A stretch of 64,000 bases of DNA, taken from positions 3,286,001-3,350,000 of the forward strand of contig OX442314.1 in assembly GCA_949358305.1 (NCBI GenBank), given 5' to 3'. The position numbers and the translations under genes were made by a program. Positions 1 to 10,289 of this stretch are shown one piece after another. The stretch's first letter is position 1, and every line of letters starts with the position of its first letter. The notes beneath the pieces are model-generated. The model saw nothing but the letters and a program-made list of their open reading frames with translations. It did no database searches and was not told the origin of the DNA. The DNA is from Strigamia acuminata. Lineage: Eukaryota.

Positions 1-1685
1 GTCACCTACACCTGTGCGTCGCAATCCCCCACGAAAAGGAAAGGATACAGGGGAACGCACAGTTCCAGCTGGTGAGTTATTGCCGTTGGACATGTCTAAA
101 TGGCAAAGACGGCAGTCTGTGCGAAAATCAGGCGCAACGGCTGGGCAGGTTGATGTTTATTACATTTCACCAAAGCATGACAGAATTCGAAGTCGTGTTG
201 AAGTTGTGCGGTGGTATCGGGACGAGGGATACGAGTATATCTCGGAATTGTTCAACTTCAAAGACATCAATGTCGGTTTTGCTGGTTGTTGCTCTGTAGA
301 GCCTGACACCTACGAAGAGGCTGTAGCAGGTGTGGGAAAACCTGATTGGGAAAGGGCAATGGAGGACGAAATCGACATTTTTAAAGAACGAGAGGTGTAT
401 GTCGAGGTTGACAAAAGTGAAGTCAAGGATAAAACCTTGCTAGGGACAAAATGGATTTATAAACTCAAAAGGGATCATACGGGTGCGATTAGCAGATATC
501 GTGCTCGTCTTGTTGCACAAGGGTTCAAGCAGAAGCCCGGCATTGACTTTACGGAGGTCTTCTCCCCCGTAGTCAACTTTGTGTTGGTCATGATGTTCTT
601 TTGTACTCTTGTAGTATTAAGGAGCTGGCGTGACTTACACCTTGACATCAAGGCCGCATATCTATATGGGGACCTCGATGAGGTGCAGTACATCAACATC
701 CCCAAGGGATATCGAACACCTGAAAACCAACACAAATGTTGGGAGTTGAGAAAATCTCTCTATGGGCTTCATCAGTCTGGTCGTATGTGGTACCAGCGCT
801 TACACGACCAGCTGATTGAAATAGGTTTTGAACCGGTTTTGGGTCTTAACTGTGTGTATAGCTTGGGTTCGGACGCCATACTCATCTTTTACGTCGATGA
901 TATTGTGTTATTTTCGAGGGATGAGTTGGCAGAAGAGTGCGTTTTAGAATGGATTCAACAATCCTTTGAGATTGTCAATTTGGGCCCCGTCACCCTTTTA
1001 TTAGGGATTGAGTTTTGTAGGGACGGGGGGAATATCCTCATTCATCAACGCACCTATATTGCGAAGCTCTGCAAGCAATACGGTATTGACCCATCTCACC
1101 GTGTTAGAGTGCCTGGCACGCCCGGCACTATGATCCAAAAAGTCTAAACGGGAGAACGTGTTAATTCGAGTTTTCCATATCGGTCTCTTGTCGGAAGTTT
1201 GCTCTTCATCGCAAGTCGCACAAGACCCGATATCCTGTTTTCTGTAATTGTATTGTCTCAATACAACGAGACTCACTCGACACGACACGTAAACATGCTG
1301 CTTCAAGTGTTGCGTTACCTGGCTAATACGCCGAATTTCTCCATTAATCTTGGGAACTGCCAAAGTGACAAGTTAACTGTTTATACAGATGCGTCTTACG
1401 CGCTGGATCAAGACAAACGCCGAAGTTTTGGCGGGCACATTATCTATTTGGGTGGTGTCCCCGTCTCCTGGAACTGCCATAAGCAGACCATTACTGCCCT
1501 TTCCATTATGGAAAGCGAATTTTTGGCGGTTGTGGACGGTGTGAAGGAGATAATTTGGTTAGAACGCATATTTGACGCGGAAGTGATGATTGACGGCTTT
1601 GACCGGGAAATACCATGTGTTTATGCCGATTCAATGCCTGCGATTCAATATGCGAAAAACCGCATAGAAAATCGCGCAAACAAAC
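1..1685 (+). pseudogene. Copia A pol fragment (MBD, RT, RNase H), disrupted
   Basis: RT motifs (YRARLVAQGF, LYGLHQSG, FYVDD) and RNase H (YTDASY, SIMESEF); in-frame TAA at 1145-1147 where G has Gln; cut by insertion B at 1686. Confidence 0.9.
101..260 (+). other. MBD-like domain in Copia A
   Basis: WQRRQSVRKSGATAGQVDVYYISPKHDRIRSRVEVVRWY matches the canonical MBD pattern W-x5-R-K-S-G-x2-A-G-x2-D-V-Y-Y-x-S-P-x5-R-S. Confidence 0.88.
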
Positions 1686-2544
1686 TGTAGGACACTCGCC
1701 AAAATATTCATAAACGCAGTGGAAATAATAAAATACCCGATATATGAATGTCCTATCCAATAAATCGTCAAACGTCGGGCGGCGCGTCGTTAGGCTTTCC
1801 GGCGATGCGTATGCTCGGCGTCGTTCGCGTTGTGGAAACGTTCGCTCCTCGGGACGTGTATTCAACGTGAAATACAACGAAAATAAATATAAAGTTTTGT
1901 AAAATAAATGTACTCACATGTGATAATGTTATATTATCACATATTAACCAATGTGAAACCAATGTCTGGGTTTCACAATCCAAGCTGTGTTCAAATGTAG
2001 TTGAATCTTAAATGTAATGTCCAAAACTGTTAGTTTTCCATGCCTAGAAAATAGGTGAAGTTGGTCCAATCTGGGCCTATTTTCATGAATGTATAATGAG
2101 GTGTCTGGCAGAAGAAAAACACACGTACACGGTTGAAAACTAAAACAGAATGAATGACTTTTATTCTGGTGACGTCATTGAATTTACACACAGTACAAAT
2201 CTTATGACAAAACGAAAAAGATAATAAATAAAGATACAATCTCTCACCACGATGATGTCATTGCTTTGACATCATCACCACAGACTAACACGTTACGAGA
2301 ACATTAACACATTTCGTGTGGCGCCCTCGTACCGCATACAAGCAACAACACTATAACATTTTACATCAAATAAGCCGAAATTCATCCAGTTTATACAATA
2401 AACGATCAACATATATCAAACCATTTACTGACACAAATATGCTTTCACAATTTCGACTTAAGACTCTAAATTCTCGTATTTAAACAATGTTATACAATTC
2501 AATTATCAGATTTTAACGTCTAACAATTATCTCTTTATGTAACA
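1686..2544 (-). repeat. Copia B 3' LTR
   Basis: Direct repeat of 7077-7935; only one mismatch noticed by eye (1811 vs 7202). Confidence 0.97.
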
Positions 2545-2579
2545 ATCACCTCCTTAAATGTTACACGTTATATCTTGAT

Positions 2580-5500
2580 TCAAACATCCAACATATCTGC
2601 ACACAAGTCTTTTAACCGGTCCTGAGGCAGCCACTTTGTGAACAAATCTGCTAAATTCCATTTTGTCGGAATTTTCTCAATTGAGAAATACTCTTTCTCG
2701 AACCAGTCTCTTAAGAAGCAATAGCGTATTCGGATATGTTTAGTTTTAGAATTTTCAAGATCATTTTCCACAAATTGTATCGATGACAACGAATCCGAAT
2801 ACACTATTGGCATATTAATATAATCAAAAAGCACACAACTTTCGAATATGCTGGATAGCCAATATCCTTCCTGGACGGCGTGAACTAGCGCCAAATATTC
2901 CGCTTCCATAGTACTGCACGCCACGGAACTTTGTTTCCGACAACCCCAACTAATGAGGGCGTCGCCCATAAACAATGCAAACCCCCCAAAACTTTTGCAG
3001 TGATGGAGATCCGTCGCCCAGGAAGCATCGGTGTAAATGCGCAAATCCGTATTAGCGCATTTCGATAAATTAACACAATAATTTTTTGTATTCACAACGT
3101 ATTGAGCAATTTGTACAAGAGCCTTGACGTGTTTTTGAGTGTAGCTTGTGTTAAATTGGGACATGTATATTGTGGAATATAAAATGTCCGGCCTTGTCCT
3201 GGACGCGAGGAACATCAAACTCCCGACCAGCGATCGATATGGAAAGTCTGAGTTCGGATCAACTTCTTTAACATTGTGATTAAACGTTGACCCGGCTGCA
3301 ATAGGAACTCTCACTTTCGTATTTTGAGTCAAGTTGAATTTCACAGCCAACTTATCTCTGAAATGCTTCTGGTGGAGGCATACCTTCCCATTCTCACGAT
3401 AAAATTTCACACCTAGCAATTTTGTGATCCGACCCAAGTTCACAATGTTGAATTTTCGTTTAATGAGGTCAATTAGGGCGCTCTGGGTTTCCACATCTTT
3501 TGCAAACAAAATCATGTCGTCCACGTATATCAAGAGGACGGCACTGCGATCAAAAGTGTAAACGCAATTGCATCCAATCACTTTGGTGAAACCCAAATCC
3601 AGCAGACTGGTATTTAACTCCTCGAACCACATCCTGCCGGATTGGTGTAATCCGTACAATGATTTGTACAGGAGCCAAACATTGTCTGTTCCAGGTGTTC
3701 CGAAACCCTGCGGGATTTCCATGTGGATTGGGCAGTCCAGCTTGCCGTACAAGTACGCGCATTTCACGTCCAGATGGGCGTCCACCCAACCACGCAAGAT
3801 CACCAATAGGCAGAAGAACAGTCGAATTAACGTAAAATTTACGACTGGCGAAAACACTTCTGTGTAATCAACCCCTTGTGTCTGCCTAAAACCTTGTGCT
3901 ACAATTCTCGCACGATATCTGACGATATTGCCATCTTCGTCTGGTTTTAGCTTGTAAACCCACTTGTGACCCAAGACCTTTGCCTTTGGTCGTGGCACCT
4001 CTTCGTACACCTCCCTTTCCTGTAATGTCTCTATCTCTTCCTCCATCGCCTCTCTCCATTCTTTCGACTGAGGCGAGGAAGTCGCCTCCTCGTATGTTTT
4101 GGGCTGCGTGACAGCACAATACACGCTAATGGGAGGCGTCGTTGCTGTGAGGACCGTTTCCATTGGTTCCTCATCGGATGATTGCTCAATTGTATTGATG
4201 GGCTCCTTCACTGGGGTGAAATCGAATTTTAAAGGATTGTAGAAGATTCTATTCCCCCTGCAGAAAGCCTCGACTTCTTTCTTTGTCTTCAAAGGCCCTG
4301 TGCCATCAGGTGCGTAAAACAGCACATCAATTCTCCCAGCTGTAACACCTCCTTGCCTGGTCACTTGCTCCCTATCCCACCCATCTGCATCTGTGGTTCG
4401 GGTGGCAATTCGAGGTTTCTTAACTTTTGCCCCCCCTTGGACTGGCTGTGTGGGAATAGGCGCTTGGGCCATTGGTCCCACTTGTGGTGGGACCTGCGCG
4501 AGGGGTGCTGGGACTTTACGCATAACGGGAGGCGAACCCGGTGGTGTAGTGGGTGGCATCGGATCATGGAATTCCTGTTGATACAACCCACTCTCATCCG
4601 AATCGTAACCATTTGTATCCAAATCTGGTTGTTGAACATTTATGTCCACAGCATTAAAGGACTTCCAGTCCCTGGACTCATCAATGACTAAATGTTTTGT
4701 TTCGACTACCTCATTTGTAATTGGATTCCAAACCCTATAACCCCTTGTAGTGAATGCATACCCCACCAGTATGCCCTTCCATGCTCTTGAGTCGAGTTTG
4801 CTAGCTCTTTTGGGTTTGGGAATATGTACGAAACATAACGAGCCAATTGCACGTAAATGCTTCACTGCCATGCTTCTTTGTCTGAATTTAATGTAAGGAA
4901 TTTGTCCCTTCGCAAATAAATGTGGATACCTGTTCTTTAAATAAATGTAGCTGACAGCCAATTCTGCCCACAAAATCCACGGCAAATTTGTATCCTCAAT
5001 TATTGCGCGCACATTGTTTAATATTGAGCGGTTTAATCGCTCCGCAATGCCGTTCATTTGTGCTGAGTACGGGTTTGTTCTTTGGGCACCAATGCCCTTT
5101 TGTTGCAGAAAAGAATCAAATTCCTTGCTGCAAAACTCCCCACCCCGGCCCGTTCTGATTTCATGCACCTTTCTATTCGAACGGCGCTCAACGCGCGCCA
5201 AGAACGTTTTGAAAATTGGAAAAGCCTCGTCCTTCGTTTTCATAGGATAAACCCACGAGAATCGCGTTGCATCATCCACAATGCACAACAAATAACGTGC
5301 ACCACCCAGTGATGTTGTGGGGTTGGGCCCCCACACGTCTATATGCAACAATTCAAGCGGTTCCCCACGCTCGCGATCATCTCTAACTTTGTAATTAGCA
5401 CGGGTTGATTTTGCAATTCTGCATGAATCACACGCAAAATTGTTTAGATTTCCCGTGAAATCTAATCCCGTGGTCTCCTCACTTTTCAACAACGTGGCTA

Positions 5501-7010
5501 GCCCCTGAACATGCATGTGGGCAAAACGCTTATGCCACGTGTCGACAGAAACTGCAAAACTTTGCACAACAGGTGCAGGTTGTCGGGAAACAATTTCATA
5601 ACTTGGACTCTTGCTCTGTAATTGCTCAATTCGTTTTACATCTTTCTGTACAATCAATGGTGAAACTTGGGTAACATTTTGAGAAACTGAATTCAAATTA
5701 TTAACAATGGCATTTGTCATATTCTCATTCATTTGAACCTTTCCTTGGACACGATACAATCCATCTGACTGCCTGTTTGCTAACAATAAACACTCCTTGT
5801 TATTTTGTAAATACACTCTCAACACACCATTGTATATGTGTTGATTGAATCCAGCTTCATCAATTTTCCCACTTGAAATCAAATTGCGCTTGAAACCCTC
5901 GACAAAATACACATTTATTAAGTCCACATGGTTGTGGATTCCATTTGCAATTGTGCTGATGCATACAGCACCACAGCCAGTAATACTAGCTGTGCCCTGA
6001 CCCAATTGTAATTTTGTAGGAGGTAATGACTTGAAAGTCTGGAAATATTCCAATTTCCCGCATACGTGATCTGATGCACCGGAATCCACAAACCATGCGT
6101 CCTCATCACATACTTTTTCAATTGAATTGGACACACTTTCCCCCAAAAATGATGCATAAAAGGCTCCACGTAAACCCTTGCCTCGTTGGGGCTGTCCGCG
6201 CCCTTTGCCACGTCCACGAGTGTTGTCCTGTTGTTTTGTATTTGGCATTTGACAGTTCCGTGCAATATGTCCCTTTTCGTGGCAATTGTAACATAAAATA
6301 TTGGAAAAGTTGCTCTTACCTCCTTTGTTGTCTTGTTTCCTCGATCCTTGCTGATTGTTGGAAGCACTGACACTGAGAGCACTGGATTCCATCGTTGGAG
6401 AACTCGTTCCTGTCGTGTATCGACGACGTGCACTCTCGGCAAGCAATGCCTCGGAAACTTTATCAAACGTGAAGTCCCCGTCACTCCACTGGTAAATAGC
6501 CTGCACTTGATGTTCGTAGTCTTTACGAATTCTATTTATTAAAGTATAGGCTTTTACTTTGTCATTCGGCTCTTGTTTTATTGATTTCAATTCGTCGGCT
6601 GCCAATTCGACACGTGTGATAAACGTATCGACTTCCTCTTTATCGCCGCAACGAATCGTGTAAAAATCCTCGAGAATCTTTGCATTTCTCGCGACTGACG
6701 TGGGTTCGTGAAGCTTTTTGAGGTAATCCCACACCTCCTTCGATGTGTCCAGCTTTAACAGCGACGGTTTCAGTCTGGTCGCGACGCTGTTGCACAAAAT
6801 CCCACGTGCACGAGCTTTCCGCTTCTCGTATTTAGCCAAGTCCGTAGCCGACGTTCCATCCGGCGGCGCTTTAATTGTTTCGTCGTGGAATCCCCACAAA
6901 TTGAGTTCCTGAAGCAACAATTGAACGTCCACTTTCCACGTCTCGTAGTTGTTTTTGTCAAGCGGCGCGATTCCTGCCGCCGCCGACGCCGCGCTTCCCT
7001 TCGACGCCAT
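2580..7010 (-). CDS. Copia B polyprotein (gag, CCHC knuckle, protease, integrase, MBD-like, RT, RNase H), 1476 aa
   Basis: CYNCHEKGHIARNC; VDSGASDH; WHKRFAH..CDSC; LHIDVWGP; IYVDD; YTDASW. Second integrase Asp motif reads RTGRGGEF. Confidence 0.95.
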   Translation of the reverse strand: MASKGSAASAAAGIAPLDKNNYETWKVDVQLLLQELNLWGFHDETIKAPPDGTSATDLAKYEKRKARARGILCNSVATRLKPSLLKLDTSKEVWDYLKKLHEPTSVARNAKILEDFYTIRCGDKEEVDTFITRVELAADELKSIKQEPNDKVKAYTLINRIRKDYEHQVQAIYQWSDGDFTFDKVSEALLAESARRRYTTGTSSPTMESSALSVSASNNQQGSRKQDNKGGKSNFSNILCYNCHEKGHIARNCQMPNTKQQDNTRGRGKGRGQPQRGKGLRGAFYASFLGESVSNSIEKVCDEDAWFVDSGASDHVCGKLEYFQTFKSLPPTKLQLGQGTASITGCGAVCISTIANGIHNHVDLINVYFVEGFKRNLISSGKIDEAGFNQHIYNGVLRVYLQNNKECLLLANRQSDGLYRVQGKVQMNENMTNAIVNNLNSVSQNVTQVSPLIVQKDVKRIEQLQSKSPSYEIVSRQPAPVVQSFAVSVDTWHKRFAHMHVQGLATLLKSEETTGLDFTGNLNNFACDSCRIAKSTRANYKVRDDRERGEPLELLHIDVWGPNPTTSLGGARYLLCIVDDATRFSWVYPMKTKDEAFPIFKTFLARVERRSNRKVHEIRTGRGGEFCSKEFDSFLQQKGIGAQRTNPYSAQMNGIAERLNRSILNNVRAIIEDTNLPWILWAELAVSYIYLKNRYPHLFAKGQIPYIKFRQRSMAVKHLRAIGSLCFVHIPKPKRASKLDSRAWKGILVGYAFTTRGYRVWNPITNEVVETKHLVIDESRDWKSFNAVDINVQQPDLDTNGYDSDESGLYQQEFHDPMPPTTPPGSPPVMRKVPAPLAQVPPQVGPMAQAPIPTQPVQGGAKVKKPRIATRTTDADGWDREQVTRQGGVTAGRIDVLFYAPDGTGPLKTKKEVEAFCRGNRIFYNPLKFDFTPVKEPINTIEQSSDEEPMETVLTATTPPISVYCAVTQPKTYEEATSSPQSKEWREAMEEEIETLQEREVYEEVPRPKAKVLGHKWVYKLKPDEDGNIVRYRARIVAQGFRQTQGVDYTEVFSPVVNFTLIRLFFCLLVILRGWVDAHLDVKCAYLYGKLDCPIHMEIPQGFGTPGTDNVWLLYKSLYGLHQSGRMWFEELNTSLLDLGFTKVIGCNCVYTFDRSAVLLIYVDDMILFAKDVETQSALIDLIKRKFNIVNLGRITKLLGVKFYRENGKVCLHQKHFRDKLAVKFNLTQNTKVRVPIAAGSTFNHNVKEVDPNSDFPYRSLVGSLMFLASRTRPDILYSTIYMSQFNTSYTQKHVKALVQIAQYVVNTKNYCVNLSKCANTDLRIYTDASWATDLHHCKSFGGFALFMGDALISWGCRKQSSVACSTMEAEYLALVHAVQEGYWLSSIFESCVLFDYINMPIVYSDSLSSIQFVENDLENSKTKHIRIRYCFLRDWFEKEYFSIEKIPTKWNLADLFTKWLPQDRLKDLCADMLDV
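4260..4385 (-). other. MBD-like domain in Copia B
   Basis: DGWDREQVTRQGGVTAGRIDVLFYAPDGTGPLKTKKEVEAFC between integrase and RT. Confidence 0.8.
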
Positions 7011-7058
7011 TTTTCCGTCGTATCGTCGCTATTTTCCGTCGATATCGGGTTTTAGCAG

Positions 7059-7076
7059 AACCATCCTCTGCTACCA
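7059..7076 (-). promoter_or_regulatory. PBS of Copia B (initiator tRNA-Met 3' end)
   Basis: Plus strand AACCATCCTCTGCTACCA equals the last 18 nt of metazoan tRNA-iMet; directly abuts the 5' LTR. Confidence 0.93.
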
Positions 7077-7935
7077 TGTAGGACACTCGCCAAAATATTC
7101 ATAAACGCAGTGGAAATAATAAAATACCCGATATATGAATGTCCTATCCAATAAATCGTCAAACGTCGGGCGGCGCGTCGTTAGGCTTTCCGGCGATGCG
7201 TTTGCTCGGCGTCGTTCGCGTTGTGGAAACGTTCGCTCCTCGGGACGTGTATTCAACGTGAAATACAACGAAAATAAATATAAAGTTTTGTAAAATAAAT
7301 GTACTCACATGTGATAATGTTATATTATCACATATTAACCAATGTGAAACCAATGTCTGGGTTTCACAATCCAAGCTGTGTTCAAATGTAGTTGAATCTT
7401 AAATGTAATGTCCAAAACTGTTAGTTTTCCATGCCTAGAAAATAGGTGAAGTTGGTCCAATCTGGGCCTATTTTCATGAATGTATAATGAGGTGTCTGGC
7501 AGAAGAAAAACACACGTACACGGTTGAAAACTAAAACAGAATGAATGACTTTTATTCTGGTGACGTCATTGAATTTACACACAGTACAAATCTTATGACA
7601 AAACGAAAAAGATAATAAATAAAGATACAATCTCTCACCACGATGATGTCATTGCTTTGACATCATCACCACAGACTAACACGTTACGAGAACATTAACA
7701 CATTTCGTGTGGCGCCCTCGTACCGCATACAAGCAACAACACTATAACATTTTACATCAAATAAGCCGAAATTCATCCAGTTTATACAATAAACGATCAA
7801 CATATATCAAACCATTTACTGACACAAATATGCTTTCACAATTTCGACTTAAGACTCTAAATTCTCGTATTTAAACAATGTTATACAATTCAATTATCAG
7901 ATTTTAACGTCTAACAATTATCTCTTTATGTAACA
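7077..7935 (-). repeat. Copia B 5' LTR
   Basis: Direct repeat of 1686-2544. Confidence 0.97.
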
Positions 7936-7940
7936 CAAAC

Positions 7941-8104
7941 ACATAGACGTGAAATTGCATTTCTTGCGCGACTGGTTCGAGAAAGGTGTTTTTCGAATCA
8001 GGCACATCCCAGGGACCCTCAACGTCGCCGACATTATGACAAAGTGGTTGTCCCGCGCAAAATTGGACGCGTTGTGCGAGCACATTTTTGTCGCGACAAA
8101 TTGA
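7941..8104 (+). pseudogene. Copia A RNase H C-terminus (continuation after B)
   Basis: HIDVKLHFLRDWFEKGVFRIRHIPGTLNVADIMTKWL..., stop at 8102-8104; matches the C-terminus of G. Confidence 0.92.
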
Positions 8105-8121
8105 TTAATCGAAGGGGGATT

Positions 8122-8554
8122 TATTAGTATGCGATTAATTATTTTGTCCGTTTCCCCATGCATTTCTGGATAGGCATGGCAGATATGTGTGTTGGCATCC
8201 TTTGGATACCCGTGTAGCGCATATTAATGCTACTCTTATGTGTTAACACACATATTCTATGTTTCTTGTGTCGTCTGCTTGAGAAAGCGATAAATGTTGT
8301 TTTCCGTGTTGTTTATCGGTTACTTATGCCTAGGTTAACAATTACTTATATTGTAAAGAACAAATCAATGCTTGTTGCTATTGATTTGTCCTATTGTCAT
8401 ATTTTGTATGGTTTGAGACCAATTAGCCTCAAACCCAGTTGCTTTTATGTTTTCATGTGATTAAAACATGGCGGGCGCGAAGTGCGAGCTCCCCGCACAT
8501 TTTAAGCTGGTTTCAACTCCTTTCCGATGTTTCCTGGCCTCCACGGACTTATCA
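8122..8554 (+). repeat. Copia A 3' LTR
   Basis: Follows the PPT; recognisably similar to the G LTR (reverse complement of 58855-59320); starts TATTAG (G has TGTTGG), ends TCA at the satellite. Confidence 0.75.
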
Positions 8555-8555
8555 A

Positions 8556-10132
8556 AACCGGGGGTCGACCGACTCGAACCGGGGGTCGACCGACTCGAAC
8601 CGGGGGTCGACCGACTCGAACCGGGGGTCGACCGACTCGAACCGGGGGTCGACCGACTCGAACCGGGGGTCGACCGACTCGAACCGGGGGTCGACCGACT
8701 CGAACCGGGGGTCGACCGACTCGAACCGGGGGTCGACCGACTCGAACCGGGGGTCGACCGACTCGAACCGGGGGTCGACCGACTCGAACCGGGGGTCGAC
8801 CGACTCGAACCGGGGGTCGACCGACTCGAACCGGGGGTCGACCGACTCGAACCGGGGGTCGACCGACTCGAACCGGGGGTCGACCGACTCGAACCGGGGG
8901 TCGACCGACTCGAACCGGGGGTCGACCGACTCGAACCGGGGGTCGACCGACTCGAACCGGGGGTCGACCGACTCGAACCGGGGGTCGACCGACTCGAACC
9001 GGGGGTCGACCGACTCGAACCGGGGGTCGACCGACTCGAACCGGGGGTCGACCGACTCGAACCGGGGGTCGACCGACTCGAACCGGGGGTCGACCGACTC
9101 GAACCGGGGGTCGACCGACTCGAACCGGGGGTCGACCGACTCGAACCGGGGGTCGACCGACTCGAACCGGGGGTCGACCGACTCGAACCGGGGGTCGACC
9201 GACTCGAACCGGGGGTCGACCGACTCGAACCGGGGGTCGACCGACTCGAACCGGGGGTCGACCGACTCGAACCGGGGGTCGACCGACTCGAACCGGGGGT
9301 CGACCGACTCGAACCGGGGGTCGACCGACTCGAACCGGGGGTCGACCGACTCGAACCGGGGGTCGACCGACTCGAACCGGGGGTCGACCGACTCGAACCG
9401 GGGGTCGACCGACTCGAACCGGGGGTCGACCGACTCGAACCGGGGGTCGACCGACTCGAACCGGGGGTCGACCGACTCGAACCGGGGGTCGACCGACTCG
9501 AACCGGGGGTCGACCGACTCGAACCGGGGGTCGACCGACTCGAACCGGGGGTCGACCGACTCGAACCGGGGGTCGACCGACTCGAACCGGGGGTCGACCG
9601 ACTCGAACCGGGGGTCGACCGACTCGAACCGGGGGTCGACCGACTCGAACCGGGGGTCGACCGACTCGAACCGGGGGTCGACCGACTCGAACCGGGGGTC
9701 GACCGACTCGAACCGGGGGTCGACCGACTCGAACCGGGGGTCGACCGACTCGAACCGGGGGTCGACCGACTCGAACCGGGGGTCGACCGACTCGAACCGG
9801 GGGTCGACCGACTCGAACCGGGGGTCGACCGACTCGAACCGGGGGTCGACCGACTCGAACCGGGGGTCGACCGACTCGAACCGGGGGTCGACCGACTCGA
9901 ACCGGGGGTCGACCGACTCGAACCGGGGGTCGACCGACTCGAACCGGGGGTCGACCGACTCGAACCGGGGGTCGACCGACTCGAACCGGGGGTCGACCGA
10001 CTCGAACCGGGGGTCGACCGACTCGAACCGGGGGTCGACCGACTCGAACCGGGGGTCGACCGACTCGAACCGGGGGTCGACCGACTCGAACCGGGGGTCG
10101 ACCGACTCGAACCGGGGGTGGACCGACTCGAA
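8556..10132. repeat. 21-bp CpG-rich tandem array 1, (AACCGGGGGTCGACCGACTCG)n, about 75 copies
   Basis: Near-perfect tandem repeat read directly; 4 CpG per unit and a GGTCGACC palindrome. Confidence 0.99.
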
Positions 10133-10289
10133 TCTGTTGTTTATCGATGCCAAACAGTCCTCCGTACTTGTTCTGCGCATTTCTAGTGTTTTCCTGCATC
10201 AAGCAGTGTTTTGTATGTATTTAGACTTTAAGTTATTATTTAGCACTGGGCATAATGCTGCCCCTATCAGTATTATATAAGTTTATTCG

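Larger units (their letters stand above)
1686..7935 (-). mobile_element. Full-length Copia LTR retrotransposon B (MBD-bearing)
   Basis: 859-bp TG..CA LTRs, 5-bp TSD CAAAC, tRNA-iMet PBS, PPT (AGGAGGTGAT on minus strand, 2545-2554), single gag-PR-INT-RT-RH ORF. Confidence 0.97.
1..8554 (+). mobile_element. Copia LTR retrotransposon A (MBD-bearing; 5' part outside window), split by Copia B
   Basis: MBD-RT-RNase H coding sequence 1-1685 resumes at 7941 after TSD CAAAC (1681-1685 / 7936-7940); PPT GAAGGGGGA 8111-8119; 3' LTR 8122-8554. Protein nearly collinear with element G. Confidence 0.9.

Noticed and set aside
2251..2276. 10-bp stem hairpin GATGATGTCA/TGACATCATC in the B LTR as a terminator
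   Set aside because: Eukaryotic LTR context; isolated hairpin with no supporting evidence of function.
7059..7076. tRNA genes at the tRNA-matching segments
   Set aside because: Only 10-18 nt matches adjacent to LTRs; these are primer-binding sites.
8556..10132. CRISPR array or telomeric repeat
   Set aside because: No unique spacers, no cas genes, eukaryotic context; unit does not resemble a short telomerase repeat and is interstitial.
8439..10280. 500-600 aa repetitive ORFs (RGSTDSN, PGVDRLE etc.) over array 1
   Set aside because: The 21-bp unit has no stop codon in any frame; identical codons in every unit show it is a DNA satellite, not a gene.
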